Shown here one piece after another: positions 29,901 to 39,756 of a DNA stretch of 64,000 nucleotides. The DNA comes from an uncultured Chloroflexia bacterium. Its GTDB lineage: Bacteria > Chloroflexota > Anaerolineae > CG2-30-64-16. A program made the position numbers and the translations under genes. Numbering within the stretch: the first letter of the stretch is position 1; each line of letters begins with the position of its first letter. The DNA lies in NCBI GenBank assembly GCA_963810095.1, contig CAWEMM010000006.1, positions 1,632,001-1,696,000 of the forward strand, read 5' to 3'. A model generated the notes under the pieces. The model was not told where the DNA came from. It saw only the letters and a program-made list of their open reading frames with translations, and searched no databases.

Positions 29901-31583
29901 GGATGCGGACTTCGGCTACCAGGGCCTGTGCGGCGAGGTAGGCGACTTCGTCTTCTACGATGCGAACCGCAACGGTGTCTACGACGGCCCGCCGCAAGAG
30001 AAGGGTATCAGCGGCGTGTCGCTGAGCCTGACCATCGCCGGCCCGGACGGCAACTTCGGCACCGGGGATGACGTAACCCTGGCGACGGTGCTCACCGACG
30101 CGAACGGCGCCTACCTGTTCAACGGCCTGGCCGTGGGCACCTACCACGTCAACGTGACGGACGTGAACGGCCGCCTGGTCGGGTACACGCAGACGTTCGG
30201 TGCGCCGAATACGAACAATAACGGCCAGGCGATGCCCTTCCCGGTCACCGTCACCAACTGCACGAGCATCCGCTATGCAGACTTCGCCTATGCGGACGGC
30301 CACCTGCTGACGATCACGAAGACAAACAACCTGCCTGCCGGTCAGCCGGTGGAGGCGGGTGAGGAGCTGATCTGGACCCTGGGATACAGCGTGAGCGGCC
30401 GCGGCACGCGCACCCAACGTCATGATCACCGACCCACTGCCCGCGCAGGTCGACTTCGTGTCGGCCAGCAACGGCGGCACCTACGATGCGGCGACCCGCA
30501 TCGTCACGTGGAAACTGGGCAACCTGGACCCGGGCGGCGAGCGGCTCGGTGACGCTGACGGTCCGGGTGAAGAGGCCGCTGGACAAGAACAGCTACATCT
30601 TCAACACGGGCGAGATCACGGACGATGCGAAGGCAACCGGATGATGCGACCGACATGGTCCCGTATGCAGCCCCGGTGCTCGAGCGTCACCAAGACCGAA
30701 CGACCCGGCCGGCGAAGTGAAACCCGGCGACACGATCACGTATGAAGTCTGTGTCTCCAACACGGGCAACGGCAACGCGACTAACGCCGTGATGAGCGAC
30801 GTGATCCCGGTCAACACGACGTATGTGGCCGGCTCGGCGACGGGTGGCGGGGTCTACAACGAAGCCACGAAGACCGTGACCTGGAAGAAGAACCCTACTG
30901 GCGCCGGACGAGAAACTGTGCGGCACCTTCAAGGTGAAGGTCAACATGGTCATCACCGGTCTGACGGGCCAGGAGAACGTGGCGATGAAGTTCTCCGAGT
31001 GGAACGCCGTCAGCATCGACAACACGGTGACGGCGACTGCGGATGGCCTCCCGCCCAAGACCGCGACCGGTGAGCAACCCGCTTGTGGCGACCGTGAACC
31101 CGCTAATCTACAAGTCGGTGGACAAGTCGCAGGTGGCGGTGGGCGAGCCGGTCGTCTTCACGCTGACGTCCGGAATGAGGGCACCGCTTCGGCCACGAAC
31201 ATCGTCGTCACCGACCAGATCCCGCCGAAGCTGGAAGGGGTGACCGTGACGACCACCAAGGGTGCGCGGTGTTCGACCCGAACACCCGGCTGCTCACGGT
31301 GACGATCGGCCAACTCGAACCCGGCCGAGACGGTTACGTCACGATCAAGGGTAAGGCGGCGTTCCGTGCGGCGAACGTGCCCTACACGATGAAGAACAAG
31401 GCGTCGTGTCCTTCACGGAAGGCGCGCCGCGCACGTCGAACGGGTGACCGTGACGGTCGACGACTTCCGCCGGCGGAAATCCCTGAGCCGGGTACCTGGC
31501 TGATGCTGGGCGCCGGCCTGGCCGGGTTGGCCGGCTACGCACGGGTGCGGGCGCAGGCTCGCCGGCGGAAGCAGCAGAAGTAA
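26987..31583 (+). CDS. Giant secreted surface protein (~1500 aa): N-terminal domain, DUF11 repeats, SdrD-B-like repeats, C-terminal PEP-CTERM; several frameshifts
   Basis: GGAGG RBS and Sec signal (PASA-E); repeated ITK...LTYTI...V.D.LP..FVSAS.GG.YD..TRTV.W.LG; IGD.VW.D.N.NG repeats; C-terminus IPEPGTWLMLGAGLAGLAGYARVRAQARRRK. Confidence 0.85.
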
Positions 31584-31667
31584 CGGCGTGAATCGCCGGC
31601 AGGCATCCTGAGCGAGGTCGCCCTGGACGGGGCGCCGCCGAAGTGATCTTGCCACTCGAATAGCAAT

Positions 31668-31705
31668 AAAGGCGAAGCACGGGTTTCGGCCCGCGCTTTG
31701 CCTTT
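31668..31705 (+). terminator. Hairpin terminator between convergent PEP-CTERM and EpsI genes
   Basis: AAAGGCGAAGCACGGGT-ttcg-GCCCGCGCTTTGCCTTTT. Confidence 0.6.
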
Positions 31706-31772
31706 TCATTTCGGCGCATGGGGGCCGTTAGCTGCTCGGTGCATCCGCAGGCAAAGTTGGGCCCAACCGATT

Positions 31773-32462
31773 TCAGCGCCCCCCGGCTACGACTGCCGCC
31801 GTAAAGAGCTCGCGAAAGAACTGCTTTTCCAGTTCCACTGTTTCCTCGACCGAACCGTAGAGCGGCGCGGTCAGCTTCACCAGCACCACCCCGTCCTGAG
31901 GGTTGCGTGCGTAAGACGGCCAGAGATAGAAGTAGGTAACGACGTGCTCTGCTTGCCGCCGTCGATGGCCTTGGGCTATCAGACGCAGGGCATAGACCTC
32001 GCCCGTCTTGAGATCGATGGCGTCCGAGCCGGCCTCGGTCTTCCAACCGTCCGTGTCATAACAGATCTGCGGGGAGTGGAAACTCTTCGACTTGCGGCTG
32101 CCGATCAGGCTGAGCCAAACAAAGCGGCCGTCTGGCAAGCCGGTACATTCGCTGCACGTACTGCTCCGGCTCCAGCAGGATGAACACCTCGATGTTCGAC
32201 TGCGGCACATCCTCGCCCTGCCAATCGCCCAACTGAAGCGGAATCTGCTTCAAGTCCGCCGCAAGGTTGAAGTTGAAGGGCGAGGTGACGGCCCGCTCGC
32301 GGTCCGTACGCTGCCAGTTATCGACATCCGCGACGAACTCGTAGCCGACGCGGCAGAGCCGCCCTTGAGCTGGCATCGCGGAAGATGAGTGCCGGCCGCG
32401 GCCACGACGGCAACAACGAGGACGACAATGACTAGAAGATATCTTCTCTGATCTCGCGACAT
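31773..32462 (-). CDS. Exosortase-associated EpsI-family protein; frameshifted
   Basis: N-terminal TM; IPLQLGDWQGED, L.PEQYVQRMY, SFHSPQICY..DGW; overlaps the exosortase stop. Confidence 0.78.
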
Positions 32463-33278
32463 CCTAACAACCGGCTGAACAAGAATAAGAGCGCCAGGGC
32501 GCTCAGGAAGAAGACGATGCCCGAATAGTCATGATAATACTTGAACCCGGCGTCGGCGCCCCAAACATACGCGACCCCCAGGAGCGATGCGACCCGCAGC
32601 ACGTTGCCGAACGCGGCGATCACGATGCTGCTGAGGGCCAGCAGCGCCTTGTTCGGCCAGGGGCCCCGCAAGACGAAGACGACAATGCCGACCAGGGTAA
32701 ACAGCGTGACGATCGAGCGCAGGCCGCTGCACTGCGCGCCGACGACAAGCTGCGCGTTGGGCAGGCTCACCTGCGCGCCGTTTACTTCGATGGGCACGCC
32801 GAACAGCCGAACGAGCCGCGGCCGAAATCGCGCCCGGTGACCTGGGCCAAGCGGCACGCTGAGCGGCTCGACGAACGGCAGCGGAACCATGAACACCAGG
32901 AACAGCAGCGGAAAGGCCATGCGCCTCAGCACCGCCGTGCCAAATAGCGCCCACACGAGCCCCGCCAGCATGGCGATCATGGCGAGCGACGCGACAAAGT
33001 AAGCCGCGCTGCACGAGCGCGAACAGATAGACGACCAGCGCCGGCCAGGGCGACGACAAGGCCCGTGGTTGCCGGGCTCAAGCCGGCGCTGCTCCGGCGG
33101 CCAACTGCGCCACAGCCGCCAAGCGACAAGCGCCGGATATCATGGGGACGAGCGGGCCGTGCGAGTAGTAATCGTTGCCGAGCCACTCGCCGACGAGCCA
33201 GCGCAGCGTGGGATAAAAAAGCGCCAGCAGCAGCAGGCCAATCACCGCTGCGCCGCCGATACGGGCGTTACGGCTCAT
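32432..33278 (-). CDS. Exosortase/archaeosortase family transpeptidase; frameshifted
   Basis: YYSHGPLVP, FPLLFLVFMVPLP, VGAQCSGLRS (Cys), GNVLRV (Arg), YYHDYSG (His). Confidence 0.88.
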
Positions 33279-33439
33279 GATCTGAGTCGGGTCCTCGGGG
33301 CGTCGGTTGGGTTGAAACACGATGGCGAAGCGCCGAAGACCCGATCGCGAGTGTAACAAAAAGGATATCGGGCGTCAAATGGTTCGGTTTGCGTGGTAGA
33401 ATCAAGGGTGCTCGAACCGGTCAATGACGAGGAGGAACC

Positions 33440-33862
33440 ATGGCAGATGGCTGCATCTTTTGCCTCATTGCGGCGGGGCATGCGCCCGCCAGCATCGTCG
33501 CGGAGACGCCCGAGGCGGTGGCGTTCATGGACATCAACCAGCCCACGGACGGGCACGTATTGATCATCCCCCGGGAACATATCCAGGATATCTATGACAT
33601 GGACGCGGACACGACGGCTGCGGTGTTTGAACTGGCCGTGGACGTGGCGAAAGCGGTGAAGCGGGCGCTGGGCTGCGATGGGCTGAACCTGCTGCAGGCC
33701 AACGAGCGGGCCGGCCAGCAGGAGGTATTTCATTTTCACGTCCACGTCATCGCGCGTTACGACGGCGACCGCGATCGCATTCGTTTCGGGTGGCAGCAGA
33801 CCCGCCCGCCGCGGGCTGAGCTGGACCGGCTGGCCGAGGCGATCGGCCAGAAGATGCGGTAG
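33440..33862 (+). CDS. HIT family nucleotide hydrolase
   Basis: CIFCLI, AFMDINQPTDGHVLIIP, AGQQEVFHFHVH; GAGGAGG RBS. Confidence 0.93.
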   Translation: MADGCIFCLIAAGHAPASIVAETPEAVAFMDINQPTDGHVLIIPREHIQDIYDMDADTTAAVFELAVDVAKAVKRALGCDGLNLLQANERAGQQEVFHFHVHVIARYDGDRDRIRFGWQQTRPPRAELDRLAEAIGQKMR

Positions 33863-34033
33863 CGGCTGGGCGCGCGGGTCAAGCTGGTGCTGCGGAAACA
33901 CAAGCGCGAGGACGTGCGCACGTGGGTTTACGGTTTCGGGTATGTCTTGGACCGTTCGCCTCGCTCCCGAGGGAACTGAGCCCCGGCTCGGGGCCCGCGG
34001 GAGAGAGGAGTCGAGCAACCGGAGGAGGCAACA

Positions 34034-34649
34034 ATGGAGTCTATCCCTCTCTCGCTGGCCCTCTTCGATTTCGTCCCGCCGCTGGCTTTCCTGATCGGCG
34101 CATACTACCTCGTCAAGATCAGCTTCATCTGCCGCGGCAGCCGCACCGCGCGGATGGTCATGGCGGGCACGCTGCTGGTCTTTCTGAGCGGCTTTCTCAA
34201 GGCGACCTGGAAACTCCTGTACGCGACCGGCACGGCCGACGTCCAGTGGATGAGCCAGGGCCAGTTCGTCCTCTCGGCGATTGGCTTCCTCGCCATGGCA
34301 GTCGCCGTTATCCTGATGGCGCCGCCGGCGACGCAAGCCCGAACCGGGCCCCGTCGTGCTCTCGATGGCGATGTGGAAGATTCCCTTCCTGTTCGTCATG
34401 ACGGTTGCCAGCCTCGCGGCCGAGGGCATCCTCGCCTATGTCGCGTTTCAGCGCAAGGCGTGGTGGGCAGCGGCAGGCTTTGTGGTTGGCGTCCTCGGCA
34501 TCCTCGCCATGGGCGCGCTGGCAGGCGGCGAGCAGACGCTTCCCATACAGTGGGTCCAAGAAGGCACCAACGCGGTGGGCCAGTTGGGGTTCATGTTCGG
34601 GAGCATCCTGCTTTACCAGGATTTCAAGCGCGTGCCGGGCGAGTGCTAA
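34034..34649 (+). CDS. Hypothetical membrane protein (~6 TM); frameshift near 34330
   Basis: GGAGGAGG RBS; hydrophobic ORF 34034- continues in the 34356-34649 frame. Confidence 0.7.
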
Positions 34650-34723
34650 GGGCGCCTAACAAAACCCGTGTAGGCAAAGCATCCCTCATCTCGGGGATTG
34701 TTGATTTCCGGCTGCCTTCATCG

Positions 34724-34759
34724 GTAGGGGCGAGGCACCCGAGAGTGCCTCGCCCTTAC
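34724..34759. repeat. REP-like palindrome
   Basis: GTAGGGGCGAGGCAC-ccgaga-GTGCCTCGCCCTTAC. Confidence 0.65.
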
Positions 34760-34908
34760 GCGAGCGGGTTATGTTAGGCGCACTAAGTGGAAGGCTTCCG
34801 TGCAAGCCGGCGCTGTCCCTGCATCCCCGCTTCGCGTCACTGATCCTCGACCTGGCCGGCCGCATAAGCTGCGCCGGCCAGACCGCATGATCGCCGCAGA
34901 GGGATAGA

Positions 34909-36169
34909 CTACGGCTTGGAACCCTTCGCCCGGGCCTTGACTTCGTCGCGCCAGTGGTCGACGCGCCGGCGCATGCGGCCGCGCCAGTCCTCCTTGCCGA
35001 CGGGGCCCATGACCCAGTTGTAGGCATGGCGCTCGCTGCGCAAAACGCGGGACCGGCCCCCGGCAAAGAACAGGTCGATCTTCGCGATCAGGCGGTCCAG
35101 CCAGGTGCGGGTGGTTGGCTGGACCGGCAGGCCCCATTCGACCGCAGCCGCCGCCCACGTCAGTCCTGCGCCAAAGCCGACCAGTACAAGCTTGTCGCCG
35201 GGGCGCACCTTGCCCAGCGCGACGGCCTCGGTCAGCGCGATCGGGATGGAGGCAGCAGACGTGTTGCCATACCGCTCGAGGTTGACGAAGAACTTGTCCA
35301 TGGGCAGGCCGAGCCGCTTGGCTGCCGACTCGATGATGCGCGTGTTTGCCTGGTGGGGGATGATCAGCTTCACGTCCGCCATCTGCCAGCCCGCTTTTTT
35401 GACGACGTTCTCCGTCGCCCGGGGCATGACGGTCGTGGCAAAACGGAACACCTCGCGGCCGTTCATCTTGACGAAATGGCCGCCGTTACTGACGGTGTCC
35501 ACGCTCGCTGGGAGTATGGCTGCCGCCGGCAGGCACGATGAGGAGCTCGCCGCCCGAGCCGTCGCTGCCCAACTCGGTGGCCAGAACCCCGCACCGGTCG
35601 GTGCAGGCGCTGACGACGACGGCGCCCGCGCCGTCACCGAAGAGGACGCAAGTGTTGCGGTCGGTCCAGTCCACGATGCGCGAGAGCGTTTCCGCACCGA
35701 TCACGAGCACGTTGTCGGCCATGCCGCTGATCACATAGCCCTGTGCGATGTTGAGGCCGTAGAGAAAACCGGAGCAGCCGGCGCTCAGGTCGAAGGCGCC
35801 GGCCGAGGCCGCACCGAGAGCGTCTTGGACGACGCTGGCCGTCGAGGGGAACGCGTACTCGGGGGTAACGGTGGCGACGATGATCAGGTCGAGCCGCGAC
35901 GGGGGCAGGCCGGCCACCATGAGCGCGTCGCGGGCGGCCCGTGTGGCGAGCAGCGCGGTCGTTTCGCGCTCGTTCGACACAACGTGGCGCTCTTTGATTC
36001 CCGTCATGCGGGTGATCCAGTCATCGCTGGTGTCGACGACGCGTGCCAGCGCGTCGTTCGTCAGCACCTTCTCCGGGACGTAGCTGCCCCAGCCGGTGAT
36101 CTGTGCGTAACGGCCGCCTCCGTTATGACGGCCGTTACCGTTTCGTAGCGTCCCGTTTTCCTCACTCAT
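34909..36169 (-). CDS. fabH: Beta-ketoacyl-ACP synthase III with ~70-aa C-terminal extension; frameshift near 35510
   Basis: [68 protein letters not shown]. Confidence 0.92.
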
Positions 36170-37486
36170 TCAACCCGCCCGAACACGACCGTCCCGTTGT
36201 GCCCGCCGAACCCAAAGGAATTCGACATGGCAACGTTGACTGTCGCGTGGCGGGCCTGGTTGGGCACGTAGTCGAGATCGCAGGCTGGATCCGGCGTCTC
36301 GAGGTTGATGGTAGGCGGCAGGATGCCGTCGCGCATGGCGAGAAGGCAGAAAGCGGCTTCGATCGCGCCTGCCGACCCCATCAGGTGGCCGGTCATGCTC
36401 TTCGTAGAGCTGACCGCCAGGCGATAGGCATGTTCCCCGAATACGATCTTGATCGCGCGCGTCTCGCCCCAGTCGCCCAGGGGCGTGCTGGTCCCGTGTG
36501 CGTTGATGTAGTCCACGGCCGACGGCTCGAGCTGCGCGTCGTCCAGCGCGGCCTGCATGCACTCGGACGCGCCGATGCCATCTTCTGCGGGCGCGGTGAT
36601 GTGATGCGCGTCGGCGGTGTTGCCATAGCCGATCAATTCGCCGTAGATGTGTGCGCCCCGCGCCCGGGCATGGCTTAGGCGTTCGAGCAGGAGCACGCCG
36701 GCGCCCTCTGCCATGACAAACCCATCACGATGCAAATCGAACGGCCGGCTCGCGGCCTGGGGGTTGTCGTTGCGCATGCTCAACGCCTGCATGTTCTCGA
36801 ACCCGGCCAGGGCCATCGGGATGATCGCGGCTTCCGTCCCGCCCGCAATCATGACGTCGGCCCGGCCGCGGCGGATGATTTCCGCGGCTTCGCCGATCGC
36901 GTGGCTGCCCGTCGCGCAGGCGGTGGCGAGCGCCAGGTTGGGACCGCGGCAGGCCCAACATGATGCTGATCTGGGCCGTCGCGCTGTTAAGCATGAGCGC
37001 AGGGACGGCAAACGGGCTGACGCGCCGCGGGCCCCGTTCTGTCAGCGCGAGCTGGCCTTCGAGGATGCTGTGCACCCCACCAATGCCCGACCCGATGACG
37101 GCGCCCACCCTGCGCGGGTCACATGCCTGGACGTCGAGGCAGGCGTCGCCCAGCGCCTCTTTTGTCGCGGCGACTGCGAAGTGGAGGAAACGATCCATCC
37201 GCCGCGCCATTTGCTTGTCCATGTGCTGCGTAGGCTCGAAATCCTTGACCTCCGCAGCAAAGTGCACCCGGAAGATGGACGTGTCGAACTGGGTGAGCGG
37301 GCCCACACCCGACCGGCCATTCTGAATGGCCGACCATGCTGTGGGTACGTCATTGCCAACGGGGGTGACCAGTCCGAGGCCCGTAACGACCACGCGCTGG
37401 GAATCTATACGACTCAAGAGAACCTCCGAGAATCTGCGGGCTACCGGCTCATACGAGTTTTGGACGACAGGCAGAGCGCCACTCAT
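36166..37486 (-). CDS. fabF: Beta-ketoacyl-ACP synthase II (copy 2); frameshift near 36950, start uncertain
   Basis: [40 protein letters not shown]. Confidence 0.92.
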
Positions 37487-37642
37487 TATAGACGAGGTTT
37501 GGACAGGACCGCACCATTGCTATTAACACGGTCGCGCGGGTAAGGACGCGCTGCGGGAATCTACGTCGCACCATTCCGAGTGCTGGCCGTAGAAGGAGAT
37601 GGGGCCGTCGTGCCCGGACGGCCCTGAAGGCTGCCTGTTGCG

Positions 37643-38689
37643 CTAGCGCAGACTGTCGAGCACAAACTGTCCGTAGTGGGTGGGGGTCGTCATGCCCTTA
37701 TCATACATGGGAGGCTCCCACTCGTCGTCGTACCAGCAGGCCACCCAGCCGATGCCGTGTTCGGCCGCGTAGGCCAGGAGCGGCGCGCCATAAGACGCTG
37801 CCTTTCCGCGCAGGTAGTCGGGTCCGGCCGCCCCGTTTTCGTCCATGAAGCCCCATTCCGTGAGCAGCACCGGGTGCAGCTGGGACAGGCGGCCGAACCA
37901 GTCGTCCCACCCGCTTTGCCGGTGGGCAGGATAGATGTGGGCGGCGTAGGCAACCTGGGCGTCTGAGAGCGGCGCATCGACAAAGCCGGACGGGTCGCGC
38001 GACCACTCCACCCCACCGACGATGACGACCTGCGACGCCCCGGTCGAGCGCACAGTCTGCACAACGTCTTCGGCGTGCCTGCGCCAGTCTGGGCCCGAAA
38101 TCTGCGCGGGCTCGTTCCAAATCTCAAACAGGACGTGCGGCGCGGGCTTGAAATAGGCGGCTACCTGCTGCCAGAACGTCCGCGTCAGGTCCTGAGGTTG
38201 CTCCTTGATGTCGGGCATGTTCTCTCCCTCGCCCGTCTCGATGCTACCGATGTAGTGCCAATCAAGGATGACGTACATGCCCAGCTCGCCCGCCCAAGTC
38301 ACGATTGGGTCCAGATGCCGCCAAAGATAGTCTGGGTCGTGAACCCACCGTTCGGGGTGTATGGGCACCCGGATGACGTTCGCACCCGCCGCAGCCTGCC
38401 GCTCGTAGAACGCACGGTTGAACCGCCTGTCTTCGGCCAGCCGCGCCGGATCAGGGGACATGAGCCCGCGCAGGATGACGACTTGACCGTCGGGCGTGAC
38501 GAGGGAGTTGCCTTGGACGCGTAGCGGCAGCGGCGCGTTCGCAGCCGTGCCGGTCCAGGCTGGCGTATGCGTGACAGGCGGGCGAAAGCTCAGCGCGCCA
38601 AAACGTGACCCAACGATACCGATCACGACGCACGCGAGCAGAATGACAGTAAGCGCAATGGCCAGACGACGGAGGTACCGGCGCTGCAT
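37643..38689 (-). CDS. Glycoside hydrolase family 5 (cellulase-like), N-terminal membrane anchor
   Basis: GANVIRVP, YVILDWH, FEIWNEP (acid/base), AAHIY, LTEWG (nucleophile); AAGGAG RBS. Confidence 0.88.
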   Translation of the reverse strand: MQRRYLRRLAIALTVILLACVVIGIVGSRFGALSFRPPVTHTPAWTGTAANAPLPLRVQGNSLVTPDGQVVILRGLMSPDPARLAEDRRFNRAFYERQAAAGANVIRVPIHPERWVHDPDYLWRHLDPIVTWAGELGMYVILDWHYIGSIETGEGENMPDIKEQPQDLTRTFWQQVAAYFKPAPHVLFEIWNEPAQISGPDWRRHAEDVVQTVRSTGASQVVIVGGVEWSRDPSGFVDAPLSDAQVAYAAHIYPAHRQSGWDDWFGRLSQLHPVLLTEWGFMDENGAAGPDYLRGKAASYGAPLLAYAAEHGIGWVACWYDDEWEPPMYDKGMTTPTHYGQFVLDSLR

Positions 38690-38880
38690 GGTTGTTCTCT
38701 CCTTGGCAGATGACCCTGCCTCATTTACGCAGATGTCCGGCGCAGGGTTGTGGCGCCATGGTAGCGTGCAGTTCTTCATGCCCCTCGTTTTCTCCTGATT
38801 GCCATTTGGACGCGTCCTATTTGCACGCCCGCATCCTTTGCCGTACCATACTCGCACACGTTGCACCCTGAGGTCATTGA

Positions 38881-39756
38881 ATGAAAATCACGAAAGCCGT
38901 GATCACGGCGGCGAGTCCCAGCCAGCGCTCCCTGCCTCTGCAAACCCTGGTCGACCGAGACGGCGTTCAGAAGTCCGTTCTCCGCATCATCCTGGAAGAG
39001 GCGCAGCGGGCGGGCATCGACGATATTTGCGTCGTCGTCAGCCCCGGCGACGAAGCGTTGTACCGCGAGTCAGCCGGCGACGTCGCGGCCCGCTTGATGT
39101 TTGTCGCTCAGTCACAGCCGCTGGGTTACGCAGACGCGATCCTGCGCGCCCGCCCGTTCACCGGCGACGAACCCTTCTTGCACATGGTCGGGGACCATCT
39201 GTGGGTCAGCGCGACGCGCGAGGGGTGTGCACAGCAACTGGTGGCCGTCGCGGAGCGCGAGGCGTGCGCGGTCAGCGCAGTCCAGGCCTCGCGCGAGACG
39301 CTTTTGCCGTACTATGGCGCGGTGGGTGGGCGCCGGGTGCCGGGACGGCAGGACCTTTACCTCGTCGAAGAGGTGATGGAGAAGCCGACTCCGACCGAGG
39401 CCGAGCAGCGCCTACTGGTCCCGGGGCTGCGCGCCGGTCACTACCTGTGTTTCTTCGGTATGCACGTCCTTACCCCCGCGATCATGGTTGTGCTGGCCGA
39501 GTCTCTGGAACAGGAAGGCCGGGGGGGCAATCTCTCGCAGGGGTTGGCCGCGCTGGCACGGCGCGAGCGGTGCCTGGCCCTCGAACGGTCGTGGTTCCGC
39601 TACGACGTGGGCGCGCAGTACGGCCTGCTAACCGCCCAACTCGCCCTGGCCCTGTCGGGCCGCGATCGCGACCTGGTGCTCTCGCAGCTCGTGGAGCTGC
39701 TGGCCCACCGCGAGATGGCGCATTCTACGATGCGGATCGAGCGGGAGGCGGTGTGA
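38881..39756 (+). CDS. GalU-like sugar-phosphate nucleotidyltransferase fold with degenerate signature
   Basis: [41 protein letters not shown]; lacks GxGTR. Confidence 0.78.
   Translation: MKITKAVITAASPSQRSLPLQTLVDRDGVQKSVLRIILEEAQRAGIDDICVVVSPGDEALYRESAGDVAARLMFVAQSQPLGYADAILRARPFTGDEPFLHMVGDHLWVSATREGCAQQLVAVAEREACAVSAVQASRETLLPYYGAVGGRRVPGRQDLYLVEEVMEKPTPTEAEQRLLVPGLRAGHYLCFFGMHVLTPAIMVVLAESLEQEGRGGNLSQGLAALARRERCLALERSWFRYDVGAQYGLLTAQLALALSGRDRDLVLSQLVELLAHREMAHSTMRIEREAV

Noticed and set aside
38799-39752. N-terminal 318 aa of the 1448-aa ORF
   Set aside because: Shadow frame over the nucleotidyltransferase gene; the real start is GTG 39753.
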